Positions 9,592-17,799 of a stretch of 64,000 bases of DNA are shown piece by piece. The translations under genes were made by a program, and so were the position numbers. The stretch lies in sequence record DRR723986_833; one strand, 5' to 3'. Every line of letters starts with the position of its first letter. Within the stretch, counting starts at the first letter, position 1. The notes below the pieces were generated by a model. That model saw only the letters and a program-made list of their open reading frames with translations. It searched no databases and was not told where the DNA came from.

Positions 9592-10776
9592 ATGAGTGAT
9601 TTTAACCGTAGTAAACAGCTGTTGCTCGACGCCCGCGCCATGGTTCCCGCCCTGCTTGAGCGTCAAGGCGAGGCAGCGTCACTGGGTCGCCTGCCGGATG
9701 CCACCATTGCCGAGATGCAGCGCAGCGGATTTTTCAAGATTATGCAGCCCGCCCGCTACGGCGGCTATGAGCTTCCTCCCCAGCAATTTTTTGATGTGCA
9801 GCAAACTCTTGCCGAGGGCTGCATGTCGACCGCGTGGGTACTGGGCGTAGTCGCTATCCACAATTGGCAGCTGGGTATGTTTGACGACCGCGCACAGCAA
9901 GATGTGTGGGGCGACGACGATTCCACGTTGATTTCGTCCTCATACATGCCAGTGGGTAAGGTAAAACGTGTCGAAGGGGGGTATATGCTCTCTGGACACT
10001 GGGGTTTTTCCTCGGGTTCCAAACACTGTAAGTGGGCGTTTTTGGGGGGCATGGTGCCACCCGCGGCCGACGGCGAAGCCCCTGATTACCGGACTTTTTT
10101 GGTGCCGTTGGGCGACTATGACATCGTCGATAACTGGGATGTGAGCGGCCTTCAGGGAACGGGCTCGAACGACATCGTGATCAAAGAACCGGTGTTTGTA
10201 CCTGAGTACCGCACCCACCGCAGTGCGGACGGTTTTAGCGGCGACAATCCGGGTTGTAAGGAAAATACCAATGCTATTTTCCGTTTGCCCTTTGGCCAGA
10301 TTTTCACTCGCGCGGTTGCCTGCTCGTCCATTGGCGCCCTGCAGGGTGTGGTAGACAGCTACGTTGAGGTGAATCGCAATCGCGTGGGTTTGAACGATGG
10401 TGCACGCGCAGCCAAAGACCCCAATGTGCAAATGGCACTGGCCAATGCCGTGTCGGCAATTACCGAGTGCCGGGTAATGCTCAAAGATGATCTGGCGTAT
10501 TTTGTGAATACCGCCGAGGCCGGTGACACGCCCGCCATTGAGCAACGCATTCAGCGCCGTTTCCACGCTGCCAGTATCTCCCGCAAGTGCGCTGATGCTG
10601 TGAATGAGCTTTTCATCGCCTGTGGCGCGCAGGGAATTTTCTGCGGTCACCCGCTCAATCGCGCGTGGTTGGATATTAATGCTGGTCGCCAACACGTTGC
10701 GAATAACCCCTTCAAGTTTGGCCGCAATTTGGGCGCTACCATGCTGGGACAGCCGAACACGGACTTCTTCCTTTGA
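9592..10776 (+). CDS. hsaA: Flavin-dependent monooxygenase oxygenase subunit, HsaA/TesA-like
   Basis: Acyl-CoA dehydrogenase fold: QPARYGG, STAWVLGVVAIHNWQL, AQQDVWG...ISSSYMP, WGFSSG, GTGSND. Confidence 0.82.
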   Translation: MSDFNRSKQLLLDARAMVPALLERQGEAASLGRLPDATIAEMQRSGFFKIMQPARYGGYELPPQQFFDVQQTLAEGCMSTAWVLGVVAIHNWQLGMFDDRAQQDVWGDDDSTLISSSYMPVGKVKRVEGGYMLSGHWGFSSGSKHCKWAFLGGMVPPAADGEAPDYRTFLVPLGDYDIVDNWDVSGLQGTGSNDIVIKEPVFVPEYRTHRSADGFSGDNPGCKENTNAIFRLPFGQIFTRAVACSSIGALQGVVDSYVEVNRNRVGLNDGARAAKDPNVQMALANAVSAITECRVMLKDDLAYFVNTAEAGDTPAIEQRIQRRFHAASISRKCADAVNELFIACGAQGIFCGHPLNRAWLDINAGRQHVANNPFKFGRNLGATMLGQPNTDFFL

Positions 10777-10787
10777 GTGAGGCTGCC

Positions 10788-11165
10788 ATGCAAACGCCAT
10801 ACGAGATTTTGGGTGAACGAGGTATTCGCGATGTTGTTGCCGAGTTCTATCGCTTGATGGACAGTGAGCCAGCCTATGAAGAAATTCGCGCCATGCACAC
10901 GCCGGATCTCGGTCCGGTAAGCGAGCAGCTGAGTCTGTACCTGATCAGCTGGATGGGCGGGCCGCCCGTGTATGCCGAGCGCAACGGCAGTATGTGCATT
11001 ACCGCGGCGCACCGGGGCCTGGGGCTGGCACCCAGACACAGTCAGCAATGGCTGGACTGTTTCGCTCAGGCGCTGCAGCCGCGCGATGACGCCGAATTAT
11101 TGCAAAAAATGCTGTTGCCAGCCTTGCGGCGAATCACTGATATGTTGGAGCGTTCAGCGGCTTAA
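10788..11165 (+). CDS. Group II truncated haemoglobin (trHbO-like)
   Basis: TPYEILGE.GIRDVVAEFYRLMD, IRAMH, WMGGPPVY, proximal His in ITAAH, QWLDCF. Confidence 0.88.
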   Translation: MQTPYEILGERGIRDVVAEFYRLMDSEPAYEEIRAMHTPDLGPVSEQLSLYLISWMGGPPVYAERNGSMCITAAHRGLGLAPRHSQQWLDCFAQALQPRDDAELLQKMLLPALRRITDMLERSAA

Positions 11166-11257
11166 TGACAAAATGGCAATGGCGCGATTGGGCATGATGG
11201 CGTAGCGTTGGTGGTGGGGCCTGCCCCTACTGCCAATAATAACAACAGGAACTGCCC

Positions 11258-12118
11258 ATGAAGCGATTTAGCTGCCTCCGCCGCGCTGCCGCGCTGGTGT
11301 TTGTACTGCCTTTTTTTGCCGCCTGCTCACCGGCCACCACAGCGCCTTCGCTGGCGCCCGTAGCAGAGCTTCGGCCCGGGATTTTACAGGGCTATTTATC
11401 GCCGCAGGCGGTGCCGAATAGTCTGGCCTTGGTGTCGCCGCCGCCCACCCAGGGCAGCGCGGCAGAAGCCCTGGATCGGGCGATCAATGAACAGGTGTTG
11501 AGGCTGCGCGAATCACCGCGCTGGCAACAGGCGCGCCGCGACGCAGAGTTGCGCTTTCCCGCTGCCGCAGACGTCTTTTCCTGCGCCCTGGATTTACCCA
11601 TCAACACCGAACAAACCCCTCAGCTTTACCGCTTGCTTCGCCGCAGCCTGACCGATGCGGGCTTTGCGACCTACGCAGCGAAGAATCACTATCAGCGCCA
11701 GCGCCCCTTTATGGTGAATGGCCAGGCCAGCTGTACCCCTGAACAAGAGAATTACCTGAGGAAGGATGGTTCTTTTCCCTCGGGGCACGCGGCGCTGGGC
11801 TGGGCCTGGGCGCTGATTCTCGCCGAGCTAGCGCCCGAGCGACAGGACGCGATTTTGGCCAGGGGGCGCGCCTTTGGCCAGAGCCGGGTGGTGTGCAATG
11901 TGCATTGGCAAAGCGATGTTCTAGAGGGGCGGGCGGTCGGTGCAGCAGCGGTCGCCGCGCTTCACAATAACCCTGAATTTACGCAGGCTCTGGCAGCCGC
12001 GCGTAAAGAGCTTGTCGCCCTGCGATCCGCTGGTGCGGTGAGTGCCAATGATTGCGCCGCCGAGGCCGCGGCGCTGTCCGCGTTGCCGCAGGCAATGCCC
12101 TGGCCGGCGAACCGATAG
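11258..12118 (+). CDS. Class A non-specific acid phosphatase (PAP2), lipoprotein
   Basis: Lipobox FAAC; KNHYQRQRPF, SFPSGH, SRVVCNVHWQSDV. Confidence 0.92.
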   Translation: MKRFSCLRRAAALVFVLPFFAACSPATTAPSLAPVAELRPGILQGYLSPQAVPNSLALVSPPPTQGSAAEALDRAINEQVLRLRESPRWQQARRDAELRFPAAADVFSCALDLPINTEQTPQLYRLLRRSLTDAGFATYAAKNHYQRQRPFMVNGQASCTPEQENYLRKDGSFPSGHAALGWAWALILAELAPERQDAILARGRAFGQSRVVCNVHWQSDVLEGRAVGAAAVAALHNNPEFTQALAAARKELVALRSAGAVSANDCAAEAAALSALPQAMPWPANR

Positions 12119-12141
12119 CATAGGTTGCCGGGTGGCTAAGC

Positions 12142-12999
12142 CTATTGCTCTGCCAAAAACGCGCGAATGGCCGTGAGCGATTCGGTTTCGGTTAGCAGGG
12201 GTGCGTGCCCGGTATTGGCGACCTCCAAGACGTGAAGATCGGGTTTAATGGCTTGCATGCGCGCCACACAGTCGCGGCTGAGCAAGTCGGATAACTCGCC
12301 GCGCAACAGTAACATTGGCGTAGCGGCGGCGGCCTCAAACAGGGGCCACAGGTCAGGGGGGATACCGTCGCTGTCCGCTTGCAGGGGGACGGCAATGTTG
12401 GGGTCGTAGTTCAATACCGGCTGGCCGTCGCTGTTTTCCACGTAAAGGTTGCGGGTAAAGGTTTGCCAGTCTTCATCATTAAATAGCGGGTACTCACGTT
12501 GTTGCGTATCGCGGGTACGCTGCACAGCCTCCTGCCAGGTGGTGACCGGTGGTGGACTTGCACAGACATAGGCCTTAATACGGGCAATGCCTTCGGGGTT
12601 GGCTTCGGGGCCGATGTCGTTGATCACCGCGCCACGGATGCGCGCACCCGATGTTGCGCACAATATCATCGAGGTTAGCCCGCCCAGCGACGTGCCGATC
12701 AGCTTCACCCTGTCCAATTGCTTGGCGTCCATCAGCGCCAGTACATCGGCGGCATAGGTGGCGGGTTGGTAGTTGTCTGGGTTGCTGTCGTAGTCAGAGC
12801 GGCCGCGACCGCGCAGGTCAACGGCGAGCAGGTGGTAGTGTGACGAGAGCTCCTCGCACAGCAGGGCAAAGTCTGCTGAGCTTCGCGTTAGTCCCGGAAT
12901 ACAAATGATACTGTCTGCGTTTTCATCGCCATATTCCCTCGCATACAGTTTCAGTCCGTCGCTACTGGTATACCAATAGTCTTTATAGTTTTTAGGCAT
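12142..12999 (-). CDS. Alpha/beta hydrolase, possible intracellular 3-hydroxybutyrate-oligomer hydrolase
   Basis: PGLTRSSADF, DLRGRGRS, nucleophile GTSLGG, LNYDP, GHAP; no signal peptide. Real start MPKNYKDY at 12999. Confidence 0.85.
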   Translation of the reverse strand: MPKNYKDYWYTSSDGLKLYAREYGDENADSIICIPGLTRSSADFALLCEELSSHYHLLAVDLRGRGRSDYDSNPDNYQPATYAADVLALMDAKQLDRVKLIGTSLGGLTSMILCATSGARIRGAVINDIGPEANPEGIARIKAYVCASPPPVTTWQEAVQRTRDTQQREYPLFNDEDWQTFTRNLYVENSDGQPVLNYDPNIAVPLQADSDGIPPDLWPLFEAAAATPMLLLRGELSDLLSRDCVARMQAIKPDLHVLEVANTGHAPLLTETESLTAIRAFLAEQ

Positions 13000-13018
13000 A
13001 ATTGCTAGCTCATAGAGT

Positions 13019-13057
13019 AAAAAGGCCCGGAGGCAGCCAACGTGTCTGGCTCCGGGC
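13019..13057 (-). terminator. Intrinsic terminator-like hairpin between TonB receptor and hydrolase
   Basis: GCCCGGAG...CTCCGGGC followed by TTTTT on the minus strand. Confidence 0.55.
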
Positions 13058-13070
13058 AACGGGGCGCGTA

Positions 13071-15368
13071 TTAGAAGGCGTAGCTGACGCTGGCAGTCCA
13101 GGTGCGCGGCGCGCCGTAGAATGCCAGCTCGCCTGAGGCGAGGTTGTAGCCACCGGTTTTGTATTCCTTGTCTTCGATGTTTTTCACAAACACACTCACC
13201 GTCCAATGCTCGTCGGCGGAGTACCAGTTGGCACTGGCGTCGAGCAGGGTATAGGACTCGTCCTGGTCGCAGCTGCACTCAACGTTGTTGAAGTTGCGCG
13301 ATGCATCGCGGTAAGACAGGGCGCTGTTCAAGGCGATACGACCGGCGTTGCCAAGGTCCTTCTCATAATTCAGCGCAAACTGGCCCGTCCAGTTGGGTGC
13401 ATTGAGCATTTCCCAGCTGTCGGAAACATCCTGCCCGCCCGATTGCACCTCGGTGAGCTCGGCATTCATGTATCCCAGTGCGAGAGAGCTGCTCAGGCCA
13501 TCGGTAATTTGCAGCAGTGACTCCAGTTCTGCGCCGCGTATCTCGGCGGTACCGGCGTTCACAACGTCAGAAGAGAAGAATACCGGTGCGGGTTGGGCCG
13601 TCTGCACCGTGAGTTGCATGTCGTCATAGGCCATATCGAAAACGGTGGCGTTAAGGCGAATGCGGTCGTTCCACAGTTGTGATTTAACACCGAGTTCCCA
13701 GGTCTCAACGGTTTCCGGATCGTAGCCTTTGGCGATATCCGGGTTTTTGCTGGCGTCTCCGCGCATATCAAAGCCGCCGGACTTAAAGCCTTCGGCATAG
13801 CTCACATAGAACATCACGGCATCGTTCATCTGCCAGTCGAGCTTGATACTGGGGCTAATCTCATTCCAGTCTTTGTCGGCGTCTTTATCGCTGATGTCGG
13901 TAAAGGTTGCCAGCAAGGTGTCGTTGGCCGGGTCACCGTGGGTAAAGCCGGAGCCCTGCTGCGTGCTATAGGGGAAGGAGTTAGTGGTGTTATACGCCAG
14001 GCGCTGAATGTTTGAGTTCTTTTCGTCATTGGTCCAGCGCATACCGGCCGTTAGGGTCAGGCTGTCGCTGAGGTCATAGTTCACATTGGCGTAGACCGAG
14101 GTGCTGGTGGTATCCACATCACCGCCGATCGCCAGATCGTAGTGGTCGCCATCCATATAAGGGGTGCCGCCGAGTCCATTGAGTACCACGTCGAAGGCAC
14201 CGGCTGAGTTGCCGGTGAAATAATAGAGGCCACCGACGAAGGCCAGACGGCCGCTGCCGTAGTTAAATTGCAGCTCGTGGGACTCCTGCTCATCGCTGTA
14301 CTTGGCGGGTACGTCGAAGGCGTCCAGCGGGGTTCCGTCAAAGTCGATGAACTGCTGGGTTTCACCCTCGCGGTTGGCGTAGATGTACTTCACCACCACG
14401 TTGTCAGACAAGTCGTACTCGGCGGTTAAGGAGAAGCCGCTGTTCTCCACATTGGATTTATGAGTGGTGCCGCAGGCGCCGTCGTAGGGGTTGCTCGAGC
14501 GTTCAAACGGCTGGCCGTTGGCGGGGTGCGTCAGGGCGGTGGGGCTGGACTGTGAACCGCAGCGCTGGTTGCTGTTGTCATCGGTGCGATCGCCAGCGAC
14601 GCGAATAAACAGTCGGTCACTTGGCGTGTATTCCGCGCTCAGGCGTGCGACAAGCACATCCTTGTTGTAGTTTTCCTGGCTGCTGCTATAGGTGCCGGTG
14701 TTGATGTCATAACCGGTATCAACGTCGCCAAAACCGTCGCGAGTGAGTTTCGCAATAGCCGCACCGACATAGAGCTGTTCGTCGAGAATAGGCAGCTGTG
14801 CAGACAGCATCATGTCGCGTTGGTTGTAGGCGCCAACGGCAGTGGTGATCTTTGCTTCGGCATCGCCCGTCATTCTGCGAGTGATGTACTTGATCGCGCC
14901 GCCTACGGTGTTTTTGCCATACAGGGTACCTTGCGGGCCGCGCAGCACTTCTATGCGTTCAACGTCGAAGACATCTAGCACGGCTGCCTGTGGGCGAGCG
15001 TAGTAAACATCGTCGACATACACGCCGACACCGGGTTCAAACCCCCACAACGGGTCCTGTTGGCCCACGCCGCGAATATACGCAGTGAGTGTGGAGTTGG
15101 TGGCGCGGCTGGCGCGCATTTGCGTGTTGGGGACATTTTTCTCCAGTTCGGTAACTGAAGTAATTCCCTTGTTTTCCAGCTCCAGTGCATTGAGCGAGGT
15201 GATCGATACTGGTACCTCTTGGAGGTTTTGTTCACGCTTTTGCGCGGTAACCAGTACTTCTTCCAGGGCGACGGCCTGCTGGGCCAGCGCCGATTGATGA
15301 ATGCCGGAAACACTGCACAAGGCGATGAGGGCGGCGAGGGGCTTTTTGTCACTTTTTATACTTATCAT
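13071..15368 (-). CDS. TonB-dependent receptor
   Basis: Signal peptide, LEEVLVTAQKRE, IEVLRGPQGTLYGKN, GFKSGGF, C-terminal SVSYAF. Confidence 0.95.
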   Translation of the reverse strand: MISIKSDKKPLAALIALCSVSGIHQSALAQQAVALEEVLVTAQKREQNLQEVPVSITSLNALELENKGITSVTELEKNVPNTQMRASRATNSTLTAYIRGVGQQDPLWGFEPGVGVYVDDVYYARPQAAVLDVFDVERIEVLRGPQGTLYGKNTVGGAIKYITRRMTGDAEAKITTAVGAYNQRDMMLSAQLPILDEQLYVGAAIAKLTRDGFGDVDTGYDINTGTYSSSQENYNKDVLVARLSAEYTPSDRLFIRVAGDRTDDNSNQRCGSQSSPTALTHPANGQPFERSSNPYDGACGTTHKSNVENSGFSLTAEYDLSDNVVVKYIYANREGETQQFIDFDGTPLDAFDVPAKYSDEQESHELQFNYGSGRLAFVGGLYYFTGNSAGAFDVVLNGLGGTPYMDGDHYDLAIGGDVDTTSTSVYANVNYDLSDSLTLTAGMRWTNDEKNSNIQRLAYNTTNSFPYSTQQGSGFTHGDPANDTLLATFTDISDKDADKDWNEISPSIKLDWQMNDAVMFYVSYAEGFKSGGFDMRGDASKNPDIAKGYDPETVETWELGVKSQLWNDRIRLNATVFDMAYDDMQLTVQTAQPAPVFFSSDVVNAGTAEIRGAELESLLQITDGLSSSLALGYMNAELTEVQSGGQDVSDSWEMLNAPNWTGQFALNYEKDLGNAGRIALNSALSYRDASRNFNNVECSCDQDESYTLLDASANWYSADEHWTVSVFVKNIEDKEYKTGGYNLASGELAFYGAPRTWTASVSYAF

Positions 15369-15442
15369 AGAAACACCTGTGGCTTGAATATTTTAGGGTA
15401 GTCGCTTTCTTGGCTCCGACTGATTTGTATAGGTCGTTGTTG

Positions 15443-15497
15443 TTCAACGTTTGTTGAATTCAGTTTCGACGTTATTCAACGATTGTTGAAAAGTCAA
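15443..15497 (-). promoter_or_regulatory. sigma70 promoter with two TTCAACAAnCGTTGAA operators
   Basis: Minus strand TTGACT (15497-15492), 17-bp spacer containing operator 15475-15490, TAACGT (15474-15469). Second operator at 15443-15458. Confidence 0.8.
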
Positions 15498-15538
15498 ATG
15501 AATTTTCTCCTTATGTATGCCGCGCTGCGCGAGGCCAG

Positions 15539-16975
15539 TTAGTTTTTCGCGTTGCGAATACGTAAATAAGCCAGGCCGAGTAGCACGTAGGCGATGGACG
15601 TTAAAATGGCATAGCTCGCCGACACGGCGGGGTTGGCAATGCCGCCAAAGAGGTTGAGGTAAAAGTGGATAAGCAGCGCGCTGATCGACGCGCTGGCGAT
15701 CAACGGTAGCGGTAAACTGCCGCGAAACAACACGCCAAATAGCATCGGCACGAGTGACGCCGCCGCTAAACCATAAACACCTTTCTGGGCGAATAAACCG
15801 ATTAAGGGAGGTGGATTCCAGGCGAGGGTTAAGCCAATGATTCCCACCATAATCAGGGTCCAGCGGGACCAGGCCAGGCCCTTGCTGCGGTTTTTGCTCA
15901 GCGGGGAAACAATATCATTGACCACCATTGCAGAGAGCGAGACAAGAATGCCGTCGAGGGTGCTCATCCCTGCAGCGAGCAGGGTGATAAAAATAAATGT
16001 CAATGTCAGCTCGCCGACCACACTGCCACTAAATTGATGCAACAGGTATTCGCGAACGACGGTGTCTTGCGCGCTGATTTCCAAGCCGTCGAGTCGCGCG
16101 TAAAGGCCGACCATGAGAATAAGCGTGAACAGCGTGCCGACCACAACTGTGGTGCCAATGAATTTGCCGATGTCCGCTTCGCTGCGTAAATACAGCACTT
16201 TAGTGAGAATATGTGGCTGCAACATCAGTGCAAAGGTGATGATAAAGCCCGCGCCGAAAACCGAGAAAAAATCGTAGTAAAGATTGCTGTCGGTGTTCAT
16301 TACCGCGGCGTAGCCTTCGCCAATATCGCGCAACGAGGATAAAAAATCGCCGTTGAAATAGTCCGCGCCCTGGGCGAATAGCAGCAGGGTGACCACGATC
16401 ATCATTATGCCTTGCAAGGTGTTGGTGTAGGCGTGGGCATAGGTGCCGCCCATCAGCACATAAGAGAATACAAACAGCAACACAATGACCAACGCTGGTT
16501 TTTGCTCGATAGGGAAGATGCCCGTCATTAACAGACTGCAACCGACCAGAATGAGCACTACGAAGCTCACCGATAATAAATTAATAAAGGCGAAAAACAG
16601 ACTGAAGCCGCGGTGTTGGTAGCGGTGGTATATCCAGTCTGGAAGCGTCAGTGCCTGCTTCTCTTCGCCGAGGCGCAAGAAGCCGCGTGACAATACTAAA
16701 AATGCGCTAAGAATACCGGCCGACCCCGCGACGGCGTAGTGCATATAGGCAGAAACGCCGTGCACATAAACAAAGCCGGGGTTGATCACAAAGGTCGCCG
16801 TGGAGGCGATCGAGGCTGCCAGCGTAATGCCGATGATATAGGGGCTCATGTCTTTGTTGCCGATGGCGAAGCCGCTAATGTCCTGCGTGCGGCGCATGCC
16901 TATCCAGGAGAGCCAGTAGACCAGTGCAACATAGCCACTAGTCAGCACATATTTAAAGACCTCTGTCGATATCAT
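15539..16975 (-). CDS. Sodium:solute symporter (SSS) family transporter
   Basis: Many TM helices; ASIASTATF, TLPDWIYHRY, AAGMSTLDG. Start MISTEVFK at 16975. Confidence 0.92.
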   Translation of the reverse strand: MISTEVFKYVLTSGYVALVYWLSWIGMRRTQDISGFAIGNKDMSPYIIGITLAASIASTATFVINPGFVYVHGVSAYMHYAVAGSAGILSAFLVLSRGFLRLGEEKQALTLPDWIYHRYQHRGFSLFFAFINLLSVSFVVLILVGCSLLMTGIFPIEQKPALVIVLLFVFSYVLMGGTYAHAYTNTLQGIMMIVVTLLLFAQGADYFNGDFLSSLRDIGEGYAAVMNTDSNLYYDFFSVFGAGFIITFALMLQPHILTKVLYLRSEADIGKFIGTTVVVGTLFTLILMVGLYARLDGLEISAQDTVVREYLLHQFSGSVVGELTLTFIFITLLAAGMSTLDGILVSLSAMVVNDIVSPLSKNRSKGLAWSRWTLIMVGIIGLTLAWNPPPLIGLFAQKGVYGLAAASLVPMLFGVLFRGSLPLPLIASASISALLIHFYLNLFGGIANPAVSASYAILTSIAYVLLGLAYLRIRNAKN

Positions 16976-17011
16976 GTACCATCCGCCTTGTATTTTATTT
17001 ATTGGTGAGCC

Positions 17012-17040
17012 ACTATATTCAACAAGCGTTGAATATACAA
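17012..17040 (-). promoter_or_regulatory. sigma70 promoter of SSS gene with third operator copy in the spacer
   Basis: Minus strand TTGTAT-17 bp-TATAGT; palindrome TATATTCAAC-AAGC-GTTGAATATA at 17014-17037. Confidence 0.8.
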
Positions 17041-17125
17041 GCGGTGGCAAAACACTGTCTACATCACAAGCAAACGCGAACACTGCAGCGGGCAATTTGC
17101 AGTGTTAGAAAAACTGGGTGGCACA

Positions 17126-17779
17126 ATGACAAGAAAAACAAATGCGGTGAAGAGCGAGCGAATACTGGACGTGGCAGAGGAGCTCTTTGCCCGTCACGGC
17201 TATGACGGCGTCACCATGCGGCAAATTTCCACTGGTGCAAAGGTGGATGTTGCATTGGCCAATTACCACTTCGGCAAGAAGTTAGATGTTTTCTACGCGG
17301 TGTTTAATCGCCGTGCAGAGCACCTCGGAAGTACCCGCCGTCAGGTACTGCAGGAGCAGTTTACCGATGGAGAACCGCAGCGCTTAGAGCAGGTAATCGA
17401 GGCATTTTTGTTGCCGCTAAAGCTGGCTCAGGAGAGCGGTGATCCGGGCTGGAAAAACTACATGGCGCTGCTCGCCTACGTAATGACATCGCCGGTGTGG
17501 AGCCGGGAAATGATGGAAAACACCTTTGATAAACACGTGGGCGATTTCATTGCCGCGCTGCGGCAGATTTTCCCAACGGCTCGGGACGAAGACCTGCACT
17601 GGTGTTATCACTATGTATCGGGTGCCCTGGCGCTAACCCTAGCGCAGACCGGTCGTATAGACCGCTTGTCGGGTGGCAAGTGCTTGTCGTCGGATTTTGA
17701 TGCCGCCTACGACCGAATGATTCCCTTTATGGCCGCGGGCTTTCGCGCGGTATGTGGTGAAGAGCGAACTCCCCAATAA
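17126..17779 (+). CDS. TetR-family transcriptional regulator
   Basis: ERILDVAEELFARHGYDGVTMRQI...ALANYHFGKK helix-turn-helix. Confidence 0.94.
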   Translation: MTRKTNAVKSERILDVAEELFARHGYDGVTMRQISTGAKVDVALANYHFGKKLDVFYAVFNRRAEHLGSTRRQVLQEQFTDGEPQRLEQVIEAFLLPLKLAQESGDPGWKNYMALLAYVMTSPVWSREMMENTFDKHVGDFIAALRQIFPTARDEDLHWCYHYVSGALALTLAQTGRIDRLSGGKCLSSDFDAAYDRMIPFMAAGFRAVCGEERTPQ

Positions 17780-17799
17780 TTCAAATATATGAGGCAAAC

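Noticed and set aside
13000-13278. N-terminal extension of the hydrolase ORF overlapping the TonB receptor
   Set aside because: It runs through the receptor 3' end and a terminator-like hairpin; family-like sequence starts at Met 12999.
15443-15490. Repeated 16-mers as a mini CRISPR or transposon ends
   Set aside because: Too short, only 16 nt apart, no cas or transposase nearby; promoter overlap explains them as operators.
16976-17095. Extended start of the SSS transporter
   Set aside because: The extension spans the promoter and operator; ATG 16975 is the plausible start.
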